From contig OZ253442.1 in NCBI GenBank assembly GCA_965261085.1, positions 2,022,920-2,086,919 on the forward strand: a stretch of DNA of 64,000 nt, in the 5' to 3' direction. The notes beneath the pieces were generated by a model. It saw nothing but the letters and a program-made list of their open reading frames with translations. It was not told the DNA's origin and did no database searches. The position numbers were made by a program, and so were the translations under genes. Every line of letters begins with the position of its first letter. Within the stretch, counting starts at the first letter, position 1. Shown here piece after piece: positions 26,542-36,440 of this stretch. The stretch is from a bacterium (GTDB lineage Bacteria; UBA8248).

Positions 26542-27690
26542 TCAAGAAATCGCGGGCACGCAGACCATTCCTTCCATGAGCCTTCGCGCCGTGCGGTAGA
26601 CGATCACTTTTTCGGCTTTTGGTCCTTCGGGTGTTTTCGAGACCACCGCGTTTATCGTCTGCACGCCCGAGGGGTGTCCCAGGCGGATGTCGCCCTCGCT
26701 GCTCCGGGCGGACTCGTGCACCACTGTGCCGGGGATTCGCGCGGCGACGGCGAGGCACATCGCGCCCGTGAGCGCGAAGGCGCGGTGGGTCTTGCCCATC
26801 GAGATGATGCGGGCCGCGACCTCGCAATCATCCGCGGCGATAATCTCGCCTTTCAGGTCCATGTATTCCAGAGGAGGCGCGACGAACACCACCTTCGGCA
26901 CCGCCTGCACGCTCTCGGAAGCCTCTCTTCTGTCGCGCGCGAGCCCCATTCGCACCGCCGCCTCCGCGCGGATTTGCTCTAGATTCACCATCACCTCGAC
27001 CCGGCTGTCGATGAGGCCGGGGCCCTCTCCGCCGCTGAGTCCTATGTCGGCAGCGCGCACGAAGACCATCGGGTTGGTGGCGTCCACCATGCTCACCTCG
27101 ACGCTTCCCACCCCCTCGATCTCGAAGGTGTCCACCGCGTTGCCCGAGGGCAGGATCGATCCTGTGGCCGCGCCTCCGGGGTCCATGAATTCGAGGGTGA
27201 TTTGCGCGCCCGTCCCCGAGACGCCGGGCAGCTCAAACGAGCCGCTCACGCCGGCTGCGCCGTCTTCCACCGGAAAACGCGCGTGGTAGGTTTTTCCTGT
27301 GTTCGTGTTGTAGACGCGCACGACAGCAACCCCGCCCCCATCCACCCGCACCAGACCCTCATCCACGGCGAACGGCCCGACCGCGCTCGATATGTTTCCG
27401 CACGTGCCGACGTAGTCCACGGTTTCATCGGCAACGCCCACCTGCGCGAAGGTGAAATCCACGTCCGCGTCCGCGCGCGCAGAAGGCGCTACGACCGCGA
27501 TTTTGCTTAAAGAGGATATCCCGCCCCCCAGGCCGTCGAGCTGGCGCCCGTTCGGGTCGGGACTGCCGAGGGCTTTCAGAAATATGGAGTCCCTTTCGGA
27601 GCGTTCTTTCGGTAAATCTTTCTCGTGAAAGACGATGGCGCGGCTCGTGCCCCCGCGCATGAAGACGGCCGGATATTTCATCTGCCTCAT
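26542..27690 (-). CDS. prpF: PrpF-family isomerase (2-methylaconitate isomerase-like)
   Basis: The N-terminus KYPAVFMRGGTSRAIVF is typical of PrpF. 382 aa. Confidence 0.8.
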   Translation of the reverse strand: MRQMKYPAVFMRGGTSRAIVFHEKDLPKERSERDSIFLKALGSPDPNGRQLDGLGGGISSLSKIAVVAPSARADADVDFTFAQVGVADETVDYVGTCGNISSAVGPFAVDEGLVRVDGGGVAVVRVYNTNTGKTYHARFPVEDGAAGVSGSFELPGVSGTGAQITLEFMDPGGAATGSILPSGNAVDTFEIEGVGSVEVSMVDATNPMVFVRAADIGLSGGEGPGLIDSRVEVMVNLEQIRAEAAVRMGLARDRREASESVQAVPKVVFVAPPLEYMDLKGEIIAADDCEVAARIISMGKTHRAFALTGAMCLAVAARIPGTVVHESARSSEGDIRLGHPSGVQTINAVVSKTPEGPKAEKVIVYRTARRLMEGMVCVPAIS

Positions 27691-27691
27691 G

Positions 27692-29674
27692 TCAGGAGTC
27701 GTCCTGCGTTTCGCCGGGAGGTGTCGCGCCGGAGCCTGCGCCTTCGATGCGGGCCAGGGCGAGCGCCCCGCCCGCATCGAGCATGCGCCTCTCTCGCTCG
27801 GTCAACACGCATGCCGCGCCGAAGCTGTAGCCCGTCGCCTGGTTTTCGACCTGAAAAACTCCCGTGGTGAGGGAATCCTGGATATTGGAGATGGATAGGC
27901 TCTGTTCCTGGTCCACCTTCTCGTAGTCGTCCTCGTCGACGAACGTGAGGGGCAGAATGCCCCAGTTGATGAGGTTCGCGCGGTGGATTCTCGCAAAGCT
28001 CTTGGCGAAGACGGCGCGGACGCCCAGTATCATCGGGCAGATGGCCGCCTGCTCGCGGGCGGAGCCCTGGCCGTATGTCTTCGCCCCGACGATGATGCCG
28101 CCGCCCGCTTCTCTCGCGCGGGAGGCGAAGGTCTCGTCCACGCGCCTGAAGGTGAAATCGGCCAGCGCGGGCATGTTCGTGCGGTAGGTGATGGCCTCGA
28201 CCCCCGCCGGGCTGATGTGGTCGGTCGAGACGTTATCTCCCAGCTTGATGAGAACCTCCCCGGTGTAGGAATCCCCGGGCGCCTCTCCCACCTGTACGGG
28301 CTGGATGTTCGGCCCCCGGATGATTTCCACCTCCGCCGGATCCTCCGCAGGCGCCACGATTCCCGTTCTGTCGCACATGAAGCGGTAGGGCAGCAGGACG
28401 TCGGGCGGTTTCCCCTCGATTCTCGGATCTCTTATCTCGCCGTGTAAGGCGGCCACGGCGGCCAGTTCGGGACTCGCCAGATATACGGTGTCCTCGTTCA
28501 GCCCCGAGCGGCCCTTGAAGTTGCGGTTGAACGCGCGCAGGGAGTTCATCCCCGGAGCCGGTATGTGGGCGTAGCCGGGGCATGAGCCGCACGTGGATTC
28601 CGAAATGCAGACGCCCGCGGCCAGCAGGTCGGCCAGATGGCCCGCTCTCGCGAGTTCCTCAAAGGCTTGGCGGCTGCCCGGAAAGACGATGGCGTCGACG
28701 CCGTCGGCCACCTTGCGGCCCCTGAGCACCTGCGCGAAAGAAGCCACGTCGGTGAACGTGCCGTTCGTGCAGCTTCCGATGATGACCTGGTGAATCGGCG
28801 TGCCGAGAACCTCGGATACGGGAACCACGTTCTCGGGGTTTGAGGGCAGGGCGACCAAGGGTTCGATCTCGCCCAGATCCAGTTCGATTTCTTCATCATA
28901 GACCGCGCCCGGGTCCGCCGCGTGTGGGTACCAGTCGCCGGGGCGGCTCATGCGCTCGTAGAACAATCTGGTCTGCGCGTCGCTGGGGAAGATGCTCCCC
29001 GTGAGGCCGAGTTCCGTGCCCATGCTCGCGATGGTGAAGCGCTCCGGCACCGAGAGGGTGCGGACGCCGGGACCGGTGTATTCAAAAAACTTGCCGATTC
29101 CCCCGCGCGCGCCCAGACGGCGCAAGAGTTCGAGGACGGCGTCTTTCGCCGTGGCCCAGTTCTTTAGTTTCCCGGTGAGCTTCACCTCGACGATGAGCGG
29201 ACGGGGGATGATGGTCGCACCCGTCGCCATGGCGGTGGCCACGTCCATGCCGCCCGCGCCGATGGCCAGCATTCCCACCGCGCCGCCTTGCGGGGTATGC
29301 GAGTCGGTGCCAAGTAGGCTTTTGCCCGGAACCGAGAATTCCTCCAGATGGACGTTGTGGCAGATGCCGTTTCCCGGTTTCGAGAAATGGATGCCGTGCT
29401 TGCGGCAGAATCCGAGCATGAAGCGGTGGGCGTCGGTGTGCAGGCTGTTGACCTGGATGGTCTGGTGGTCGCCGTACATGACGGCTATCTTCTGCTTCAC
29501 TCTTTCAAAGCCCATGGCCTCGAAGTGGAGCAGGGCGGTGGGGCCTGAAGCGTCCTGTAAGAGCACCTGGTCGATTCGTATTTCGATTTCTTCGCCCGGC
29601 GTTCCCGACGCGCCCGAGACGAGGTGCGCGTCGATGAGCTTTTGCGTGAGGCTGCGCGAGCCCTGCTCAGCCAC
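27692..29674 (-). CDS. Aconitase-family hydratase (~660 aa, Aquifex-type)
   Basis: QDASGP, GTDSHT, IGSCTNG, CGSCPG and the swivel domain are present. The GTG start at 29674 overlaps the citrate synthase stop by 8 nt. Confidence 0.8.
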   Translation of the reverse strand: MAEQGSRSLTQKLIDAHLVSGASGTPGEEIEIRIDQVLLQDASGPTALLHFEAMGFERVKQKIAVMYGDHQTIQVNSLHTDAHRFMLGFCRKHGIHFSKPGNGICHNVHLEEFSVPGKSLLGTDSHTPQGGAVGMLAIGAGGMDVATAMATGATIIPRPLIVEVKLTGKLKNWATAKDAVLELLRRLGARGGIGKFFEYTGPGVRTLSVPERFTIASMGTELGLTGSIFPSDAQTRLFYERMSRPGDWYPHAADPGAVYDEEIELDLGEIEPLVALPSNPENVVPVSEVLGTPIHQVIIGSCTNGTFTDVASFAQVLRGRKVADGVDAIVFPGSRQAFEELARAGHLADLLAAGVCISESTCGSCPGYAHIPAPGMNSLRAFNRNFKGRSGLNEDTVYLASPELAAVAALHGEIRDPRIEGKPPDVLLPYRFMCDRTGIVAPAEDPAEVEIIRGPNIQPVQVGEAPGDSYTGEVLIKLGDNVSTDHISPAGVEAITYRTNMPALADFTFRRVDETFASRAREAGGGIIVGAKTYGQGSAREQAAICPMILGVRAVFAKSFARIHRANLINWGILPLTFVDEDDYEKVDQEQSLSISNIQDSLTTGVFQVENQATGYSFGAACVLTERERRMLDAGGALALARIEGAGSGATPPGETQDDS

Positions 29675-30803
29675 GGCTTCTGAGTGTCCTGTAGGGCCGC
29701 TTTGCGGGGCCGGTGTAGCGCGCGCGGGGCCGGATGAGGCGGTTGTCGGCCTGTTGCTCCAGAATGTTGGCCGTCCAGCCGGCCACCCTCGACATGGCGA
29801 TGATGGGAACGAACAACTCCATGGGAATCCCCAGACCCTGCCAGAGGGGTGCGGAGTAGAAATCCACGTTCGGGATGACGCCCTTTCTGCTCTGCACCGC
29901 ATGGTCGAGCGCCTTCGCCATATCGAACCACTTGGCGTCCCGACCGGGTTGGCGGCACACCTCCTCGGCCAGTTCGATGAGCACGCTGGCGCGCGGGTCT
30001 CCGCTCTTCGTATATACCCGGTGGCCGAAACCCATGAACAGCCTCTTCCTGGCGAGGGCCGCCTCGACGAAGGGCTCCACGTTCTCTATATCGCCGATCT
30101 CCCTCAAGGTCTCCATCACCGCGAGGCCTGCGCCCCCGTGCAGCGGACCCTTCAGCGCGCCGATGCCCGCCGTGACGGCGGAGTAGATGTCCGACATGGT
30201 GGAGGTGACGACGCGCGTCGCGAAAGTGGAGGCGTTAATTTCGTGTTCGGCATAGAGAACGAGGGTGGCGTCGAGCGCGCGGGTGTCGATCTTATCGGGC
30301 GCCTCACCCGTGATCATGTAGAGGAAATTCGCCGCGTGTCCGAGTCCCCTGCGGGGATTCAGAGGTCTTAAGCCCGCCGCGAGGCGGTGCTGGGCCGCGA
30401 CGATGGTGGGAATCTTCGCGGTGAGCCTGAGCGCTTTTCTGCGGTTCGCCTCCGTCGAGGTATCCTCCGCTTCTGGGTCGAAAAGCCCGAGAATACCCAC
30501 GCCGCCTCTCAGCGCAGCCGTCCTCTGCTCACCGGGGGGTATCTGCTTCAAGGCGCGGAGCATATCGGGCGAGAGGCTGCGTTCGGCCTTGAGCGCCTCG
30601 TCGAACCCCTTCAGGCGTTCGCGGGTGGGCAGTTCGCCGTGCCACAGGAGATATATGATTTCCTCGAACGTGACCTTCTTGCGCACCATTTCCGGCACGT
30701 CGTACCCGCAATACGCCAAAACGCCGTTTACGCCGTCGAGATCGCATATCCGCGTATCGGTCGCGATGACTCCCTCCAGGCCTCGGATGGGTGTATCTTC
30801 CAT
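29667..30803 (-). CDS. Citrate synthase / 2-methylcitrate synthase (small type)
   Basis: 378 aa with GPLHGGA, GFGHRVY and NVDFYS motifs. Confidence 0.85.
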   Translation of the reverse strand: MEDTPIRGLEGVIATDTRICDLDGVNGVLAYCGYDVPEMVRKKVTFEEIIYLLWHGELPTRERLKGFDEALKAERSLSPDMLRALKQIPPGEQRTAALRGGVGILGLFDPEAEDTSTEANRRKALRLTAKIPTIVAAQHRLAAGLRPLNPRRGLGHAANFLYMITGEAPDKIDTRALDATLVLYAEHEINASTFATRVVTSTMSDIYSAVTAGIGALKGPLHGGAGLAVMETLREIGDIENVEPFVEAALARKRLFMGFGHRVYTKSGDPRASVLIELAEEVCRQPGRDAKWFDMAKALDHAVQSRKGVIPNVDFYSAPLWQGLGIPMELFVPIIAMSRVAGWTANILEQQADNRLIRPRARYTGPAKRPYRTLRSRG

Positions 30804-30827
30804 GAAGACTCTCCTCTGTGGCGCGCC

Positions 30828-31784
30828 TCAGTCGTATAGTTCGGGATTCGCGAGCGAGGTGACTTTTTCGCCCTCCACCGCTCGCTTGATATTATCGCAC
30901 AAAAGCCGGTAGCTCTCACGCTGCACGCTTTCGGTCTGGGCGGCGTTGTGCGGCGACATCACCACGTTGGGAAAATTGTAGAGGGGATGGTCTCCGGGAA
31001 GAGGGTCCGGTTCGATCACGTCGAGGCCCGCGCCTGCGATTTTTCCCTCTCGTATGGCGTCGGTGAGCGCGTCGGAATCCACGTGGGGGCCGCGCGAGAC
31101 GTTGATGAGAAACGCCGTATCCTTCATGAGCGCGAGTTCCCGTCCGCCGATCAGGCCCGTGCTCTCTGGCGTGAGGGGGAGGGTGAGCGCCACGAAATCG
31201 GCGCGCGGCAGGAGATCACCCAGCGTCTCCACTTCTTCCACCTCGAAGCCCACCGGCTTGAATTTCCCCCGCGTTCGCGTGTAGGCGCATATTTCCATCT
31301 CGAAGGCGGCGGCGCGCCTGGCGAGCGCCTGGCCGATATTCCCGAGACCCACGATACCCAGCGTCGCTCCTTGAAGCTGAAAGTGGAGCCTGCGCTCCCC
31401 CGTGGGCCAGAGCCAGGGCCTTCGCGCCATGATGAGGGTGAGCGTCATGGCGTGTTCCGCCACGGGGACGCAGCGCATCGAGCCGGGCGCGTTGGCGACG
31501 GGGATGCCGAGTTCGGTGGCGGCCTGAACGTCGATGTTGTCCACACCCGTGCCCACCTTGCCGACCACCTTGATATCCGGCCCCGCCTCCATGAGTTCCC
31601 TCGTGATGGGGGCGAACCCGGTGGTCAGCGCGCACGCGCTCGCGGCCTCCTCGCGCAGGGTGGCGTTGTCGAAGGATTCCGGCTCTACGAACTCATACCC
31701 CTCATGCAGGTATTCCTCCATGAAGGCCCGGCGCGCGGGTTGCGTAAGGGAGCGCTCATCCACGCTCAAGACGCGGTGCGTCAT
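30828..31784 (-). CDS. D-isomer-specific 2-hydroxyacid dehydrogenase
   Basis: VGTGVDNIDV, GLGNIGQALARR (NAD fold) and SPHNAAQT. Start trimmed to MTHRVLSV. Confidence 0.8.
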   Translation of the reverse strand: MTHRVLSVDERSLTQPARRAFMEEYLHEGYEFVEPESFDNATLREEAASACALTTGFAPITRELMEAGPDIKVVGKVGTGVDNIDVQAATELGIPVANAPGSMRCVPVAEHAMTLTLIMARRPWLWPTGERRLHFQLQGATLGIVGLGNIGQALARRAAAFEMEICAYTRTRGKFKPVGFEVEEVETLGDLLPRADFVALTLPLTPESTGLIGGRELALMKDTAFLINVSRGPHVDSDALTDAIREGKIAGAGLDVIEPDPLPGDHPLYNFPNVVMSPHNAAQTESVQRESYRLLCDNIKRAVEGEKVTSLANPELYD

Positions 31785-31815
31785 TTTGATGTTTCTCCTC
31801 CGCTTTACTGGCGCA

Positions 31816-32448
31816 TCACCCAGAAAGACTGCCGAATTTCTCTTTCGCGCCCGCCATGCTCGAGACGCCGGGCCGCCATGCGGGGGGCGGGTCCGCATCG
31901 TCTCGCGGGTATCCGTCGCGCTCGAGCCTGTCGCGGTACCAGGCCTCGTCCACCCGGTTGGAGTGCGCGTCGATCCTGGCCATGTCGCAGAAAATCTCGA
32001 TGCCGTTTCCGCACGGGTCGTGAAAATAAAAGGCGCGGTTCTCGCCCAGGGTGCCGTCGCCCTCGGGGTGCGTGGGGCTGTGGACGAGCGGCCCCGCCAC
32101 GAGCTTGATTCCCTTCGAGCGGACGTGCGCAGCCCAGGCTTCGAGTTCTTCTTTCGAGCCCACCTCGAAGGCGACGTGGTGCAGGCCGACCTCGGGCGCT
32201 CTCATGTCGCCTTCTCTGGGCGCGAGGCCCGCTTCTTTGGGGTATGCGATGAGGGATACCTCGTGGTGCCCCTCGCCGCAGCGCATGAAGCAAATTCCCC
32301 ACGGGCTGTGAGGGTTGTCGCCCGGTTCGTAGCGATCCGAAACCTGGAGTCCCATGACGTCGCGGTAGAAAGCCACCGCTTCGTCCAGGTCATGGACCTT
32401 GAGGCCCACGTGCTGGATGCGTCTCAGCGCAGGAGGAGTTTTGCTCAT
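31816..32448 (-). CDS. VOC-family protein (extradiol dioxygenase-like)
   Basis: IQHVGLKVHDLDEAVAFYRDVMGL and LHHVAFEV modules. Confidence 0.7.
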   Translation of the reverse strand: MSKTPPALRRIQHVGLKVHDLDEAVAFYRDVMGLQVSDRYEPGDNPHSPWGICFMRCGEGHHEVSLIAYPKEAGLAPREGDMRAPEVGLHHVAFEVGSKEELEAWAAHVRSKGIKLVAGPLVHSPTHPEGDGTLGENRAFYFHDPCGNGIEIFCDMARIDAHSNRVDEAWYRDRLERDGYPRDDADPPPAWRPGVSSMAGAKEKFGSLSG

Positions 32449-32476
32449 GATGCCTCCTTCTCGGAATGAACGGGAA

Positions 32477-34945
32477 TCAGGCGGGCTGCAACTCCTCGCC
32501 GCCGCGCGTTCTTTGCATGATGAACACCGCCACGAGGGCGATGACGCCGACGGCGTATGCGGGGTAGCGCAAGTCTCCTTCCAGCGGGGTGACGAAGATC
32601 ACGAAATTCCCCACGGGCAGGAGGAGGCATACCGAACTGATGAACATCAACGCCCGCTCCACGCCGTTCGCATACCGCGTCATGAAGTTCTCCATCCATC
32701 CGGCCCACCCGATGATGCCGATGAGGCACGCCACGAAGGTGATGGCCACCTCGGTCGCCGTGCCGCTCAAGAGAAGCGGGGTGTAGACGAACAGGAAAGG
32801 CATGATGAAGAGCCACGAGGCGAGTTTCAGGGCCTGGAAGCCCGTTTTCACCGGGTCCGAGACGGCGATGGCGCTCGCCGCGTATGCGGCCAGGGCGACC
32901 GGCGGGGTCACGGCGCTTACGACGGCCACCCAGAAGCAGATGAGGTGCGCGTGGAGGGTCGGCACGCCCAGGTTGGTGAGCGCGATGACGCCGAAGATGA
33001 CCAGCACCACGTAGCTCGCCGTGATGGGCAGGCCCATGCCGACGATGTAGCCCGCGATGATAACCCATATGATGGTGAGCGGCAGGAGGCCGAAGCTGAA
33101 CTCGGTCAACAATATGGAGATGCGGCCTGAGAGATCGCTTTGCGTCGCGCAGGAGAGCAGTATGCCGAGCACGCACGCGATGCAGCCGATGACGAGTGTG
33201 TTCCTCGCGCCCGCTTCGAGAGAAATCCAGGTGATCTTGACGATTTGGACGGCGAGTTCACCGAGCCGCGTGAAGAGAATGGGGCCCGTCTCATACTCCG
33301 GGTCCACGGATTCGCCCTGCGTCGCGGCCTTGAGGATTTCGGCGAGCTTCAGAACGATGAACGCCGCGACGGTCCAGAACAGGGCGTCTCCCCAGTTCAT
33401 GCCGCGCAGCGTGTCCGCGAACCAGGCGAACGGAGCGCCGACTGTAAGGCCGAAGAAATAGGAGAAGACGCCGAAGACGATTGAAATCAGCAGGAACGGG
33501 CGGCCCGTTTTTTCCGCCGTCGGTGTCTTGATGTTCGAGAGCAGTTCGCAGATTTTCAGCATGAGGATGAGGCAGATGGTCTTGAATGCCGCCAGGAACG
33601 CGGAATCGCCGATGACGAGGTAGTACACCATCACGGGGATGGGCAGCAGGAAATGGAGGCGCGGGATGATCCTGCTCCAGGGGGGCAACTCCGAGGGGTC
33701 GACGCCGTGGAGCCCACGCCGCACGGCGCGGATGTAGACCATGTAGCCCACCGAGAGATAATAGAGAATGGCCGGGAGCGTCGCTATTTTGACGATGTCG
33801 AAATACGAAGTTTCGGTGAGTTGCGCGATGAGAAAGGCCCCGCCCGCCATGATGGGCGGCATGTAGGCCCCTCCCGTGGAGGCGGCCGCCTCGACCGCGC
33901 CCGCGAATTCGGAGCGATAGCCCACCCGCTTCATGAGCGGGATCGTGAAGGTTCCCGTCGTCACGACGTTGGCCACGCCGCTGCCCGAGATCATGCCGAA
34001 CAACCCGCTCGACATGACGGCCGTGAGGCCGGGGCCGCCCGTCCTCTGGCCCGTCACCCGGTAGGTGGCGTCGATGAGGAATTCCCCTAAACCCGTTTTT
34101 TCCAGAAACGCGCCCAGCACGACGAAGATGACGATGTAGGTGGCGAAAACCTCGACGATGAGGCCGGTAAGGCCGTCGGCTTCTAGCATGAGGAACTCGG
34201 CCACGCGGTCGAGCCCGAAGCCGTCGTGAAACAGAAGGCCCGGAGACATCTGCGCGATGGGCTTGAAGCTGTAGATCAGGAACAAGAAGCCGATGAGCGG
34301 GATGACGGGGCCGATGACCCTCCTCGCGATGTCGAAGCTCACCGCCGTGAGCAGCAGCGTGTATATCACCACCGAGGTGGGCACGGGGCCGCCGATGCGC
34401 GTGGTGAGCTCGATGTTGTAGATGTTCCACCAGATGATGGGGGCGACGGCCGCTATGATGAACAGCCAGTCCGAAAGCGAGGGAAGCTCCGATATGCGCT
34501 CCCTGGTTGCTTCGCGCCAGTAGAGGAACGCGCCGAGGAGCCCGCCGAGCAAGATGACCAGATATATTCCGCCGCCCAGGAATTCGCTCCACAGCCCGTC
34601 GCGGTAGAAAGCGCCCCAGTAGGCCCACAGGGCTAGGGATGCGCACAGGGTGACGAGCGCGAGGAAGGAGAAGATTTCATCGAGATAGGCGAACCCGTCG
34701 CGAACGGGCCTTTGCCTGCCTTTATAGACGAGGATGCACAAGGTGGCTGTCGCCAGAATGTAGACGCCCTTGAAGATTTCCGAACGCGGGGGACCGAAGT
34801 AGGCGATATGAACGAAGAAGTAGGAAAACCCCACGGAAATAATCGAAACGATGACGCGCGAAATACCCCGCAGGTCGCGCGGCATGACCATCTCGTCCGA
34901 TATGAGGCCGAGCTTTATCAATATGGGCAAGAGGTTTCGAAACAT
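32477..34945 (-). CDS. TRAP transporter fused 4TM/12TM permease (TAXI type)
   Basis: 822 aa, highly polytopic, immediately downstream of a TAXI-type binding protein. Confidence 0.75.
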   Translation of the reverse strand: MFRNLLPILIKLGLISDEMVMPRDLRGISRVIVSIISVGFSYFFVHIAYFGPPRSEIFKGVYILATATLCILVYKGRQRPVRDGFAYLDEIFSFLALVTLCASLALWAYWGAFYRDGLWSEFLGGGIYLVILLGGLLGAFLYWREATRERISELPSLSDWLFIIAAVAPIIWWNIYNIELTTRIGGPVPTSVVIYTLLLTAVSFDIARRVIGPVIPLIGFLFLIYSFKPIAQMSPGLLFHDGFGLDRVAEFLMLEADGLTGLIVEVFATYIVIFVVLGAFLEKTGLGEFLIDATYRVTGQRTGGPGLTAVMSSGLFGMISGSGVANVVTTGTFTIPLMKRVGYRSEFAGAVEAAASTGGAYMPPIMAGGAFLIAQLTETSYFDIVKIATLPAILYYLSVGYMVYIRAVRRGLHGVDPSELPPWSRIIPRLHFLLPIPVMVYYLVIGDSAFLAAFKTICLILMLKICELLSNIKTPTAEKTGRPFLLISIVFGVFSYFFGLTVGAPFAWFADTLRGMNWGDALFWTVAAFIVLKLAEILKAATQGESVDPEYETGPILFTRLGELAVQIVKITWISLEAGARNTLVIGCIACVLGILLSCATQSDLSGRISILLTEFSFGLLPLTIIWVIIAGYIVGMGLPITASYVVLVIFGVIALTNLGVPTLHAHLICFWVAVVSAVTPPVALAAYAASAIAVSDPVKTGFQALKLASWLFIMPFLFVYTPLLLSGTATEVAITFVACLIGIIGWAGWMENFMTRYANGVERALMFISSVCLLLPVGNFVIFVTPLEGDLRYPAYAVGVIALVAVFIMQRTRGGEELQPA

Positions 34946-35090
34946 GGCGACCTTACCTCGGCCCGGGCGATCGGGCCGTCAATGGCGAGAAAACCGCGAG
35001 GCGAAAGAATCCCGGGGAGAAGGAGATTTTCTCGGTTTCTCCTCCTCCCCGGGCGCTATTTCTCGCCGTGTTTTCCTGGCGTTGCGAGAA

Positions 35091-36083
35091 TCAGAAGCCT
35101 TTCACGACCTCGGCGGGCACCTTCACGCCGCGTTCTTTCCAGTAACGCGCGGCTGCGGGGTGCACCAAGATACCGTGAACTTTCAGCGCGTTGAAGTTGC
35201 CGCTCAGGTCACGCCAGTAGCGCGCCGTCTTGGTCAACTGCTTGAGGTTCTCGGGAGAGGCGATGACCTTGAGCATGTTGTATACGGCGTCGTTGGACAT
35301 CTGCTTGTGCGCGATCCACCAGACGTCATAGGCGATGGAGCGCGCGGGAGCCTTCATTCCCAAGACTTCTTTTTGCGGGGGAATGGTGATCGGCACGTAG
35401 AACTTGTGAGCGCCGGTCACCTTCTTCTGCTCGGCCTCGCTCAAGCTGATGTAGCGCACCGGCTTCTGGATGGAGAGCCGGGTGAGGGCCGGGATGGTGA
35501 AGGGGGCTCCGGCGGAGCAGTACACGTCGACCTGGCGGTCGCCCAGGGCGCGGCCCGAGGCGGAGAAGCCCAGGTAGCGCGGCTTGATCTTGTCGAGGAT
35601 GCCGATGGCGGCGAATATGTTCTTGCAGTTCACGTGGCTGCCCGTTCCCTGCTTGAGCAGGTTCACCCTCTTGCCCACCATGTCCATGTAGGACTTGATG
35701 GGGCTGTCCGCCAGCACGGCGATGATCTGCGACTGGGCGCGGACGTTGGCGACGATGCGGAAGTTCTTGTTGGCGCCGTCTTTCTTGAACAGGCCGGTGC
35801 CCGTCCAGGACTGATAGACCTGGCCCACGTGTCCCCACGAGGTGGCGAATTCGCCCAGGCTCACGCGGCGGACGTTCGCCACCGAACCGGCCGAGGGGGA
35901 ATACTGGTAGTAGAATTTCTTGCCGAGTTTTCTGTTGAGAAGCTGGGTTCCCGCGCTGATGGAGGGATGCCACGCGCCGCCGGAGGGGCCTCCGCCGAAA
36001 CGGTAGCGCTCGGCGGCGTCCGCTGCGCAGATCGTGAACGCCACGGCTGCCGCCACTGTTGCAAAGAATGCGAATTTCTTCAT
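35091..36083 (-). CDS. TAXI-family TRAP transporter solute-binding protein
   Basis: Signal peptide, then RFGGGPSGGAWHP, typical of TAXI receptors. Confidence 0.75.
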   Translation of the reverse strand: MKKFAFFATVAAAVAFTICAADAAERYRFGGGPSGGAWHPSISAGTQLLNRKLGKKFYYQYSPSAGSVANVRRVSLGEFATSWGHVGQVYQSWTGTGLFKKDGANKNFRIVANVRAQSQIIAVLADSPIKSYMDMVGKRVNLLKQGTGSHVNCKNIFAAIGILDKIKPRYLGFSASGRALGDRQVDVYCSAGAPFTIPALTRLSIQKPVRYISLSEAEQKKVTGAHKFYVPITIPPQKEVLGMKAPARSIAYDVWWIAHKQMSNDAVYNMLKVIASPENLKQLTKTARYWRDLSGNFNALKVHGILVHPAAARYWKERGVKVPAEVVKGF

Positions 36084-36094
36084 TACGGGCTCCT

Positions 36095-36127
36095 TTTTAT
36101 GGTGAAATCGTGCACGATTTATGGTGA
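36095..36127. promoter_or_regulatory. Candidate operator: perfect 16-bp palindrome flanked by 10-bp direct repeats
   Basis: TTTATGGTGA-AAATCGTGCACGATTT overlapping a second TTTATGGTGA. It lies 12-44 nt upstream of the TAXI gene start, in the divergent region shared with qor. Confidence 0.4.
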
Positions 36128-36440
36128 TGACGCCTCATCACCGGATGAACGCTTCAAGCCCTGGAGAGTTCCCCGTGAGCCCAAGGCCACTCTATCTTCA
36201 AACAATCTCCTCCCCATCATTCGCACGGCGGGGCGCGCGTCTTTGTTTACGCTGATGAGAATGACTCATTATCTCCGCTGAAAAATCTGTGTCAAGGCCT
36301 TTGGCGTCGCGCGCAGGAGGCCCCGGAAGCGAGAGCATTTTCTCTTCATGTGTGATAAGGAATAGGAAATCAGACGGAATCCATTGCTCCACTATTTAGA
36401 GAAATTCAAACTCCATGATGTCTCAATCTAATGGGAGAAG

